From Eledone cirrhosa (Eukaryota), in contig OZ024743.1 in the NCBI GenBank assembly GCA_964016885.1, positions 241,614,001-241,678,000 of the forward strand: a DNA stretch of 64,000 nucleotides, in the 5' to 3' direction. The position numbers and the translations under genes are program-made. The stretch's first letter is position 1; each line of letters opens with the position of its first letter. Of this stretch, positions 25,024-37,451 are shown piece after piece. The notes under the pieces are model-generated. The model saw nothing but the letters and a program-made list of their open reading frames with translations. It did not search any database and had not been told where the DNA came from.

Positions 25024-28000
25024 GAGAGATATATAGATAGATATATTTCTTTATTTGCCACAAGGGCGCACAAGAAAAGGGGACAATACAAAGACACATG
25101 CCGGGGATTTTACATACAATCGTGTAAAAAAAAATATAAAACAAACAAACAATAATAAAAATCGAAATCCCCAATATGGGGGGGGGGAGACGCCACAAAT
25201 GTGTTGTTTAATACCCCATCGATAGAACAACCCTCTACTCCAGGAGCGTGTTGTGCAAGTGCTCCCTTCTTCCTTTTGCTCTCTTCTTTAACCTACAGGC
25301 TTATAAACAGAGAAGGCCCAATCACTCGGGCCATTTTCGTTTCATTCACCCACCTTTCAGTAAATTTACTGGGGTGCAATGCCTCTCTCTCCACCCTGAT
25401 TCTTCTTCTAAAATGATACTTAAAGAAGGGAATCAATTGTTGTCCGGAGAGAAAGGCATCTGTCCTCAGTCCTCTCAATCTCGTCCGCCATATAACCTCT
25501 TTCACCATAGCCACTGTACAGAGGAAAACAGCCTCTTTCGTTTATGAAAGAGGCTGGTGGTTTGATCCTTACTATGGACTCGGCAGTCAACTGGATTTGT
25601 CCCATATGCGACAGCAGTTGTTCTGCATAGTTCCACAGGTCGGTTACACCCGGGCAGTGTACAATTGCGTGCAAGACGGTTTCAATGTCCTGCTCGCATC
25701 TTGGATACGTCCTCTTGGAAGGATCCTTGCCGGGGCGTCCTTGACTGTAGATCTTATCTCGAATGCGTAGAGCTCCTCGGTAGCACTGCCAGGCCAGGGA
25801 CCTCTCGAAGTTGTCCATAGGTCCCGGGCGGAAAGTCCTTTCGAACAGACTGGTGAGCTCGTCGTCTTCGACGCCTAGAGTCTCCCCGAGCACGTCGTCG
25901 CACTTGTAAAGTACTAACTCTCTATAGAATGTCGAAGTGGCGTCTCCACTGATTGCTGTGCCTGCTTGACAGAGGACTGTGAGCGCCGGGCGCATTCAAT
26001 GTGCCAGGCGCTCATCTTCTTCGGTCTTCGCTTGACCTAGGACTGCATCTCCGTCAGCGAGACAAGTTGTGGGTATGTCTGTCTCACAAACTGTGCCCAC
26101 ACTGGTTGGTCGGTGTGGAATACCTGTAGATGCCGTAGCCTCAGCGCATGTTAGCCACGGCATGCCCAGCTCTGCGTGTGAAGGGTGTTGACAGCAGACG
26201 GATCTCCTCACCAGTGAAGCCTGCTTCTTCCACAGTAACTGGAAGAGCATGCGCTCCATCTTGGTGAAGTATTCACGGGGACAAAGCAAGACAGTCAAGT
26301 GGTAGTAGATGACGGACCCCACCCTCTCTATGATGTATCGCATGAGGTGGAGGTTGTCATGTATGGACCTGGTCGGGATTGCACACGTTTGCGCTTTCCC
26401 TACCAGGTTTTCGACGACAAGCGCCCGCCTCGTTGCTAGCACCTTGGCCCAAATCTTTAACTCTGTGTTGAGCGGGGTTATGGGCCTGAAATTGTTTATT
26501 TCGTCCCCCTTGTTCTCGTCTTTCCTGATCAGCGTTGCTACGCTCTTGCCTGCAGAACTGGGAATTCTCCCGTTCTGCTGCCAATTGCAATAGACGGCTT
26601 CTAGGACGCCAGAGAACAAGCCCGGATGCCTATGTAAAACTCATAGGGTAGACCATCTACACCGGGTGATTTGCGTTTCCCGCAGCGGCCCAGAGCGTCC
26701 CGTATCTCAGTGGTTGTGATCGATCTTTCGCAGAACTCGACGTCCATGCTCGAGGGATGCGGCAGGCCGTCGAGGAATGAACCAAAGTCCATTGCCTCGT
26801 TCGGTGCACCGTCGTTCTGCTCAAACAGTCGCGCAAAGTGCCGCTGAAAGGCCTCGCATATCTGCCTGGGGTCAAGTAGCACGCGTCCGTTTTGGTCTTT
26901 CAAAGACAGAATCGTGGACTTGTTGCCATTTTTAGCTTTCGCCACTCGGGCCCAGCTAACAGCTTTTGCTCCCTCGTTTCCTAGAGCACGTGATTTACTT
27001 CTGACCACGCAACCTTCGTGTTTCGCGTCGAAGAACCGGCCCAGTGCAAACCTGGATGCTAGCACGCTAGCTGCGTTGCCACTCCTAAGCTCCTCTTCTA
27101 CTTTCGCTACTTATCCTGTTTCTGATTTGTTTTTCTCTGAAGCTAATTCTCTGATAAACCCTATCGATTCTACTCTAATTGCTCTCTTGAAAGAGTACCA
27201 GCATCTATTGTTGACGATGGCTCCCGTCAACTATTGCTTAACTAATCTACTTATCCGTTCACTGTAGGCTTTTCGTGCCGGCAACGATACGTTCAGCTTC
27301 CAGTATCTGGGTCCTTGTCTATGAATTCTATCACGGTTGACTATGCAGACGACTAGTTTGTGATCTGAATAGGCAACCATGTGCATTTGTGGACAGCTTA
27401 ACATCTTCTTGTCCTTTTCTCTAATGAAAAACCTATCTAGATACGATCTAGATGTCCCGCTGCGGTTTTCCCACGTCCACTGTGGTGCAGTTGGGAAATC
27501 TAGTCGATATCTATCGGCCAGTTGGAATTGGCCGATTAGATTTTTGAGGCTGTTGCACCCCGCTCTACTGGAACATCCTCCCACATAGTCCCATCGTGCA
27601 TCTAGGATACCATTCCAGTCCCCCACTAACAGCAAGGTGCGAGACGTTCCCAGAAAAGACTCCAGACGCTTAAAGAAGTCTGGCCGCGATTGTGATTGCC
27701 CGGTCGTGGCATAAACGGCCACCAGTCTGAAGGCTCCACCTCCAATACTGTTCACGTCTAGGACCACCAGTCTACCCTCCGGGTCCAAGTGTACATGCTG
27801 TACATGACAGTCACTCCCCCTCCACCTCCCAGCTGACAGAGAGATGCGTTGATCTCAAAGTCATTGAAGATGGGGGTTAGATGCTGCCTGTTGTGGATCC
27901 TGGACACAGTGATGGCTATTACATCTATACCGTGTAACCTAAGGTCGTTTAAAAGTTGGCCCTGTTTCCAGGGGATCCCTAGGCCACGCACATTCACGCT

Positions 28001-29802
28001 TCGAACTCGTAAGTCAGCTATGTTGGTGGAGAAGAGTTGGCAAGAAAGGACGAAAAGGTGCACTTACCTTTTCGTTTCCTGGAGATCGGGTTGTTCAATC
28101 TCCATTTCAGTTCTGGTGGGGGTGTTGAGTGGGGTGGGGAAACATTTCAACAGGACACGGTTTATTGGTTTTTGGCAGGGGTTGCCAACGTCCTGTGAAA
28201 ACTTTTCTTTCAATGTCTGATAGGTCTCTATCGAAACCCTTATTAGTTTTAGGTGTGGTTGAAAGTTTGATTTTACAAAAGTTTTCCCCTCAGTTTCTAC
28301 TTTGGGGTCTTGGGAGATGACCCCCATTAGGTTTTTGTTGTTTGTGTTAATGTATGTGTATTGTTGTTTGTTTTTTGTTGTGTTGTTTTGGTTTGTTGTT
28401 CCTTTTGTAGTTTTCTTTTTATGGTGGGCATTTGTGTTTGGGGTGGTGTTTGTGTTGTTATTTGTGTTGGTGGTTGTGTGTTTGTGTTGGTGATTGTTGT
28501 TTTTGTGGCTTTGTGGTGGCTTTTTTTTTTATTTACGAGGCTCTCCTTCAACTTCACTTGGGGATGGAGAAGTAGCCTCGTCTGGTGATGAATCCTCATC
28601 AGGTGCGTGTGGGAGGGGTATGTTGTGTGGTGATGGTGTGTTTGTGTGATTGTGGTAGTGTTGGATGGAATGGGATGGGGTGGGACTGTGTTTTTCAGGG
28701 GAATTGTTTGTGTTTTTTCTGTTGTTTGTGGTTGAACAGTTGTTTATTTTTGTGTGTTTGTTTGTTTTGTGTGTTGTTGTTGTGGTTTTGGAGTTGGTGT
28801 TGGTAAAAGTACGTTTTTTTTTTGGGGGGGGGTTGTTCGTAAGAGGGGACAGGGGGCCTTTAAATGCGATGTGCTCGCGCATTTAAAACGATGTGGCCTC
28901 CCCCCATCTGCCGAAATGTGAATGTAATTGGTATTGTCTACTGGCACCCTTTCTGGTATCTTGGAAATTCTGTCTGGTTTCATTTGGACTAAAATTTCCA
29001 GGCTTGTGCCGTTCCCGGTGTTTCTTGTGGATTTTTGAATCGACAGTATTGTGTCTTCATCTTCCTCCAAGAACCCTGCCAGAATTCACCAGATGTTAAT
29101 GTTGGGTGGTATATTGGTGATGTTTATTCTTTGTGTTCTTTTTCCCATGTATGTAGGGAAATAGGTGTGTGTGGCAGAGGTGACCGGGGTCACTGAGTAT
29201 TTTTTCGCAAGGGCCTCACTTTTGAAGAGCACCGAAATGCTTCCATACAGTTTATCTCTATGTATGTATTGTATTTCCGACTATGCCTCTTTCAAGACGA
29301 TTTCAATTTCGCCTTGAGTAAGGAAAGCCGTTTTTTTTTGTTTGTTCAAAATCGTGCGAAAAATCACAGTCCTTTGTATAGTGTCGGCTTTGATTTGTGG
29401 CGGAGAGATTATTTTAAATCCCACTTTTTCCTCGAAGGTAATACATTTTTTTCCTTCATTGATCATTTCCTTCGCATTGGAAATATCAATATTTGTAAAC
29501 GTTCCTTTGCTTATTCTGGCAAAACATTTTTTATGGTTGCTGTTGTTGTTGTTGCCATTGTTGTCGTTGTTGTTGTTGTTGTTGTTTTTGTTGTTCTCAA
29601 TTGCTTGATTTGTGGTTGTGGAGTTCATTTGTGAAGTTGTGTTTTTTTTTTGTTCGATATTTTTTTGTGCCGTATGTGTTTCCATACTTTTGGTGTGATT
29701 TATCCCGGTCACTACCTGTTGCCATAGAGACATTCATTTCAACGCTCCCGTTTCCACTTATGGCGGGAAGCGCTTCAATGTTATCATTCATAGTTAAAAC
29801 AA

Positions 29803-30749
29803 TCTATATATATAAAACTGTGGTTGTCTGTCTGTCTATCGATTTTTGGCACACATCTCCTCTTAGAATCTCTGACGGAATTGCACCGAAATTGCTATAC
29901 TTGTACATTGAGCCCTAGCGAAGACATCGGAAAAAAATATTTCAAATTGACCCACCCTATGTGACGAAATCGAATATAATGTATCGATTTTTGAGCGTAA
30001 GTTATCAGTTATTTCCCTTTGTTCTGTTTACATTGAGCGTCTTACGTAAAAAATTACGCTGGCTTTCTCAGCGTTTAAAATGACATTAACACAATACACG
30101 AACAGTTGTCGAGCCAGCAAAATATTGACCTGCAAAATTCATCAGTTCGAACACTAAGCTTCCGTTTTGCTTCATTTCCATTTAAAAGCATTTTAAAACA
30201 ATATTTTTACTTGAAAACAAGTCTATTTAAAGACTACGTAAAACAAGCAAATATTTCGTCGTTAGGCGTGCAGACAGACAGTCGTGCAGACAGACAGTCG
30301 TGCAGAGAGGTGATATACGCGTGCAGACAGACAGTCGTGCAGAGAGGTGATATAGGCGTGCAGACAGACAGTCGTGCAGAGAGGTGATATAGGCGTGCAG
30401 ACAGACAGTCGTGCGGAGAGGTGATATAGGCGTGCAGACAGACATAACTGATAATTTGGTTACGCTAATGTTTTTCTCTGCGTTGCAGTGTTTACATTTT
30501 CGATCTTTGTTAATAAATAACCAGTGCAGTTTCTATCCCCAGCATCCTCTTTTGTTATAACATTCGGGTTATCGTTATGTTTTCTTAACTTCATAAGGCA
30601 TATTGTTGGTTGAGGGAATATTAATCAAAAACACCACATGCAAGTCTGCACAGTAGACACTACAGTTTTTAAGCCAAGAAAGAAACTTAACGTTGTAACT
30701 TTAACACAGCTACTGAGCGACCCCGAGCGACGCCGGGCTTTACTGCTAG
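29803..30749 (+). mobile_element. Non-autonomous Helitron 2
   Basis: A|TCTATATATATAAAA start, subterminal (GTCT)n, 3' hairpin CCCGAGCGACGCCGGG, CTAG|T end, no TSD. Confidence 0.88.
30265..30443 (+). repeat. 37-bp minisatellite inside Helitron 2
   Basis: About 4.5 contiguous copies of GGCGTGCAGACAGACAGTCGTGCAGAGAGGTGATATA. Confidence 0.9.
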
Positions 30750-30915
30750 TTTGTTATAAATTTTTTATGAAAATTTCAATGACCCACCTACTGAGAATTT
30801 AGTCGGAGGGTCAATCTATACAGTGGTATATTTTTTTAAAACAATAATTTTTATTTTTTTAAAGTAAAAACACAAAAACGTACCAGCTCGACTGGTACAC
30901 AACTTCCTCTATCTC

Positions 30916-31337
30916 AGACAGAAAGATAGATAGATAAATAGATATCTTCCTTTATTTGCTGCAGGGCGTACAAAGATGGGACATTAGAAGACGTGACAGC
31001 GGGGTTTTTACATAGAATTCATATAACTTTAACATTAATAAATAACAATAAACTATATATAATAAAATAACAGTTGGAATCCCCAATAGGGAGGAAAGTT
31101 ACTGCAGGGTTGTTTTACACCCCGTGGATAGAACAACCCTCAACACCAGGAACACGTTTTGTAGGTGTTCCTGTCTTCCCTCTGTTTATCTTCCTCAACC
31201 TACAGGTTTATATACGGAGAAGGTCCATTCACTCGGGCCATTTTCGCCACATTCACCCACCTTTCAGCGAATTTACTGGGGTGTAGCACCTCTCTCTCTA
31301 CTCTCACCTTCCTTCTGAAGTGATACTTAAAGAAGGG
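30916..31337 (-). mobile_element. Tx1-clade LINE copy D (3' ~400 nt only)
   Basis: ORF2 C-terminus and 3' UTR homologous to copies A-C; GATA repeats at both ends (30916-30945, 31338-31353). Confidence 0.88.
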
Positions 31338-31871
31338 GATAGATAGAAAGATATACATACATATGCTCATCTCTAAAATTGTTACACATTGTATTTATTC
31401 TATAATTTAAAGAAATGACACTGCACTTGTCCGCTCACGCCGACTCTGTTCACAAAGAAATGTTAATGTCTTTTGGCTAAGCACATACCCACCTGGAACG
31501 TCTACACCGCAATGTCTACTATGTTACTAATAAACCAACAACGTCGCAAACACACACTCACAACAATCGCGCACGTAGAAAAACATAAATACTATCACGT
31601 GCACATACACAAACACACACATATATGTGTGTGTGTGTGTGTGTGTATGTATATATGTATAGATTTATAAAACTGATCTGTATTATATTTTATCTGATGA
31701 AATCTGCCTTGGTGGTCCTTGAAATATGTATAATAAAATAAATATGGTTTTATAAATATAGTTTCCATTTGTTAATATATTGTATATTTACTCCAATAAT
31801 TTGTTGAGTGCTTTATATTAGTTATAAAAATATTTTAGCTTGTTGTATCCCAACAAATTAAATATAACCTC

Positions 31872-31914
<43 letters not shown>

Positions 31915-32015
31915 CTCTCTCTATACAATTGCATATCTCTCTCTAGCTCTATCTTATCTACCTTGGTTACTATTTTCCTCTCTTTCATTCCCCATCTATC
32001 TATCTATCTATCTAT

Positions 32016-32186
32016 TTATAAACTGTCTCCCTCTATTGGGGAAAATCGACTAACTTTTAAATTCCATCTGTGATAACATTTTACACGTTTTTATTGTATG
32101 TAAACTTCCCCTTTGTATTTGTCCCCTTCTTTTGTGCCCCTGTGGCTAATAAAGAAATATATCTATCTATCTATCTATCTATCTAT
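32016..32186 (+). mobile_element. Tx1-clade LINE copy E (3' UTR only)
   Basis: TGTATTTGTCCCCTTCTTTTGTGCCCCTGTGGCTAATAAAGAAAT terminus shared with the other copies; (ATCT)n on both sides. Confidence 0.85.
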
Positions 32187-32526
32187 TCATTTCCTCTCTA
32201 CAATACACTACTCTCACTGCCACCCCCTCAAGCAATGCGACCACCTGTATCAGCCTCCAATTCCACCAACATCGTTAACGGTTGGTGACATCGGAATTTA
32301 AGCTAGCTTTGCTTATGTAACGTAAACAGAGCCATGTTTATATACGCACAGACAATATTAATTTCTAATCTCACGAACCGACCTAAAACATATGTATATC
32401 TGTGTATGGATATGTGTGTATAAGTGTGTGTGTGTCTGTGCATATGGGAGCTTCTGTGTGTTTAGGTACTACTATTTACACATATATATATATGTTTGTA
32501 TATGTGCATATATATATATATGTATG

Positions 32527-32557
<31 letters not shown>

Positions 32558-32558
32558 C

Positions 32559-32657
<99 letters not shown>

Positions 32658-32786
32658 GAATATATATGTGCGGGCATTAATTTATTTCTATGTAAGCAAT
32701 TTTGTTTGTGCATACATTCATATACACATACTTACATACATACATATATACATACATATATACATACATACATACACACAAACACT

Positions 32787-32848
<62 letters not shown>

Positions 32849-32935
32849 TATATATAAAGATGAATATACATATATATGTGTGTGTGTGTATATATATATA
32901 TATTTATATATACATATATAAATATATATATACAT

Positions 32936-32974
<39 letters not shown>

Positions 32975-32977
32975 CAT

Positions 32978-33046
<69 letters not shown>

Positions 33047-33407
33047 TATATAAGTGTGTATGTGTTTGTATGTAGCTGTTTATGTGTAAGCCTGACACAA
33101 ACACACAAAATCACACAATCCATCCAGCATGGAGAATGATAAACATAAGTACATATGGCATCAGTATTGATACTAGAATAACAAAAAAACAGGAGTGGTT
33201 GGATGTATAATGAGGAGTGGAATAGATTTACTTGAAAGCCGATGGCAAAAGAATGAACAAATGAAAAACGAAGTAAAAATATAAAACATTATAACAAATA
33301 TATATTTATTTTTCTCACCTTTTCACACACACGCAGAATCTCTTCTGTTCACGTTCGATCTAATACGCGTTAGCCCTTTTCTAGCAATATATGTGTGTAT
33401 CTACCAT

Positions 33408-33441
<34 letters not shown>

Positions 33442-33616
33442 TGTATGTATGTATGTATGTATGTATGTATGTATGTATGTATGTATGTATGTATGTATTA
33501 TGTATGCATGCATGCATTGTATGTATATATGTAAATATATACATACATACATGTAAGGTTAGATGGCTGAATGGATATATAATATATATATATTATTCAA
33601 AATGTTAACAAATGAA

Positions 33617-33930
33617 AAAATATTCGCATAATCAAAATATATACTTTATTATATATATTTCCAAGTTTAATGTGCTGTTTTTTCAGTACGTCCTCATCAG
33701 ACAAAATATATGAGAATTGAATAATCGAGACCGTAGCGGTATGTCATATATCAAATCATATATTTTTTCTGATGAGGACGTACTGAAAAAACAGCACAGT
33801 ATCTTTGAAATATATATAATAAAGTATATATTTTGATTATGCGAATATTTTCAACTCTACTGTTGAGTGCACCTAATCTATTGTAAAACTGTATTCGTTA
33901 AGTAATCAACGAACCATATTAATCTTTGGT
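33617..33930 (+). mobile_element. Two-armed PLE pseudo-LTR insertion
   Basis: Inverted arms 33617-33713 and 33756-33851, each with a hammerhead motif; right-hand extension to (TA)n. Confidence 0.75.
33762..33825 (+). ncRNA. Minimal hammerhead ribozyme (mirror copy at 33643-33707 on minus)
   Basis: ATTTT(T/G)T-CTGATGA-GGA...TTT-GAAA-T-ATAT-A-TA-ATAAAGT; homologous to 44105-44167; helix II imperfect. Confidence 0.65.
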
Positions 33931-33974
33931 TATATATATATATATGTATATAAATACACACATACACACACATA

Positions 33975-34062
<88 letters not shown>

Positions 34063-34132
34063 TACATATATATACGTATATATACATATTTATATATATA
34101 TGAATGTATGTATATATATATTTATATATATA

Positions 34133-34736
34133 TTAGCAGATGTACCCGGCGTTGCTCAGGAAATGAATGACAGCCTGTTTGTCCGTATAAAGAGAGCCAA
34201 ATATTGAGCAAAGAATTGATATGTAATTGTAAAAAAAGGTTTAACAAAATGTGTGTACAGTGACATGATTGAGAGAAATAAACGGCAACATAAAAACAAT
34301 TCATGGGGTAGCTTGAGTTAATTGACGTGAATGATTTCAGGTCCGGCCTTGCTGTAGTAGGTATGAATAAGGGAATAAAGATGGAATAGACGCACTGTTT
34401 GTCCTTCAGTATACTAAACCCTATGCGTAAGATGGCGCTGCCACTACCACGTTGACCATCCACTGGACATAGAAATATCATTCCTTGAAGCAAATCGGCC
34501 TAGTACTTCAAAAGGAGCCTAGTATTTGTACACAGACAGATACACACACAAAATCGATTTTTCGGCCCCAATATCGAATTTTTCTTCAAATTTGTTTTTG
34601 TCCAAAACCTTCCTCTGGCATATAAGCAACATGTGTGCCAAATTTGGTTGAAATCGGCCTAGTACTTCAAAAGTTAAAAGGAACTTAGTATTTGTACACA
34701 GACAGACACACACACAGACACACACAGACCGAGTTG

Positions 34737-34750
<14 letters not shown>
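34133..34750 (-). mobile_element. Non-autonomous Helitron 3, inserted in (TA)n
   Basis: Minus strand starts TATATAAAAGCAACTCGGTCTGTG; ends hairpin CCTGAGCAACGCCGGG then CTAA (decayed CTAG); internal duplication 34492-34540 / 34651-34707. Confidence 0.75.
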
Positions 34751-34779
<29 letters not shown>

Positions 34780-34945
34780 TGAAGTTTCCGTTGAAAATTG
34801 AAAAAGTCAGAGGAATGAAGAGCGCTCTATGTAAGTTACAGAGCTAAATATTTAATGTATAATAAACAATACAGTAAAATTACCTCATTACCAGAAGTTT
34901 CCCGAATAAGACGAATACAAGAAACGTCCACATTCGTTCTTATAA

Positions 34946-34994
<49 letters not shown>

Positions 34995-35374
34995 TTGTAT
35001 ATATATATATATCTCGTCTACAATTTCACAGAACTTATGTTCACCGAATTCACGGACTGGACTCCTTCTTTCTCCCGTTTGACCTGTGCGGAATTCCTTC
35101 CTTGCTCACATGTTGACTAGGTTTGATGGTCTTTATTCTCTCTCGTTCACGATTTCACCGAACTTATATTCATGGTAATCTGGGACTTGACTCTTTCTTC
35201 CTCACTTTTCGTTGCTTTACCATCTTTGTTTGTTTACACTCTCGCTCGTTCCCCTTATTTACGTGTCCCAACCACTTTCTTTAGCCGTTGCTCGCACCAA
35301 CCGTAGGTATATGGTCTTTAAAGCGATGAAATACCAATGATGGTTGGAAGATCACTGATGAAGGACTAACTTTA

Positions 35375-35449
<75 letters not shown>

Positions 35450-35626
35450 AGAGATAGATACACGCACACACACAAACATACACACGACCAGCTACAAATA
35501 AATACATATATGTACGCCTATGTGTAATAGATGCCACATCGAATTATGAAGAGATGACCTGGTAAAGCGTAACACCTACACCGAACACACACTATATATA
35601 TATATATATAGAGAGAGAGAGAAAAT

Positions 35627-35664
<38 letters not shown>

Positions 35665-35665
35665 T

Positions 35666-36162
<497 letters not shown>

Positions 36163-36214
36163 GGGGGGTTATGTATGTATATATGTATGTATATATATAT
36201 ATATATATATATAC

Positions 36215-36282
<68 letters not shown>

Positions 36283-36284
<2 letters not shown>

Positions 36285-36480
36285 GATCGATCGACTTTCG
36301 TCAAATCGGACCGAGGAAACAATGTTTCTGTTGGTCTTTCCAGTTGCTAGTACTATCTAGCGAGCGGTCGCAACTCCAGGTAGAAAGAGCAAGGTGAAAT
36401 AAAGTGTCTTTCTCAAGGACATAACGCATCGCCCGGTCCAGGAATCGAACTCACAACCTCAAGATTGTGAATCCGATTCT
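36283..36480 (-). mobile_element. tRNA-derived SINE family 2
   Basis: Minus strand GAGTTCGATTCC B box then GATGCGTTATGTCCTTGAGAAAGACACTTTATTTC; second copy at 49957-50122. Confidence 0.8.
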
Positions 36481-36523
36481 ATATATATATATATGTATGT
36501 ATATATATATATATATATATATG

Positions 36524-36563
<40 letters not shown>

Positions 36564-36617
36564 TACCCCATGCTAGCGTAGAAAATGGACGTTAAACGAA
36601 GATGATGATGATGATGA

Positions 36618-36674
<57 letters not shown>

Positions 36675-36867
36675 AGTGGAAGCGTAGTAAAATCGAAGCT
36701 TTGGCTGTGGCCAAGCAAAGTCGACCTACAATAAGGAATGAGCAGCAAATCACTCAATTAGGGTAGGTCCTTAGAGTAATAACATACGTTTAAATAGCTG
36801 ATGGTGGCAAAGCCTAACCACACAATACCAAAGTAACGAAAGTACTAACATGTTAAAAAGATACACC

Positions 36868-36913
<46 letters not shown>

Positions 36914-36914
36914 G

Positions 36915-36968
<54 letters not shown>

Positions 36969-37451
36969 CGTTTCTGAATTTGTTTAGCAAGATTTTATCT
37001 GAAAACGTGTGTTGAATCCGATATTGTTATACTTTGGGAGGGTCATGTTTCCAATAAGAAACACACGCACCACCACAATCTTAACAGACACACAGACGCA
37101 GAAAACATGTAATGACAGTAGCACAGAAAAAAGGGAAGGTAATAGAATTGAAAGGAGAAGGGAGACTAAGGACAGAGAAAAATAACCAAGACGAACACAC
37201 AGACACACAAAATAGAGTAGATAATAACAATGAGCCAGAGGAAAGAGACAGGAGTAATAATGAGAGACATGGAAACAACCATGAGGCTGTTGGTGGAAAT
37301 AGAAATAGAAACAACACAAAATAACAATAACAATAGCACTAGTACACATAAAGCAGCAGCCTGAAACTCTACTTTTTATAATCCCTCCGATAAGTCGTTC
37401 GACCTGCAACGAGTTCACGCCACGACTTTAGCTTTTAACAAACGCACGCAA

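Larger units (their letters stand above)
25024..30915 (-). mobile_element. Tx1-clade LINE copy B (ORF1 + ORF2 remnants, RT core deleted, Helitron in 5' UTR)
   Basis: ORF1 pieces 28064-29791 and ORF2 pieces 25293-28063 are homologous to copy A; ~680 nt missing at ~26317 (IIERVG|SVIYY). The 5' UTR assignment beyond the Helitron (30750-30915) is inferred. Confidence 0.88.

Noticed and set aside
28015-28070. Mini-intron GTAAGT...CATAG joining ORF1 to ORF2 in copy B
   Set aside because: The AG appears to come from decay of the ORF2 ATG to ATA; copy A has no equivalent acceptor.
30265-30443. CRISPR-like array of 37 bp units
   Set aside because: Units are contiguous with no unique spacers; eukaryotic context; no cas genes.
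35355-35378. CTGATGAAGGACTA hammerhead start (also ~42775-42788 minus)
   Set aside because: No correctly placed GAAA or cleavage triplet; at most truncated halves.
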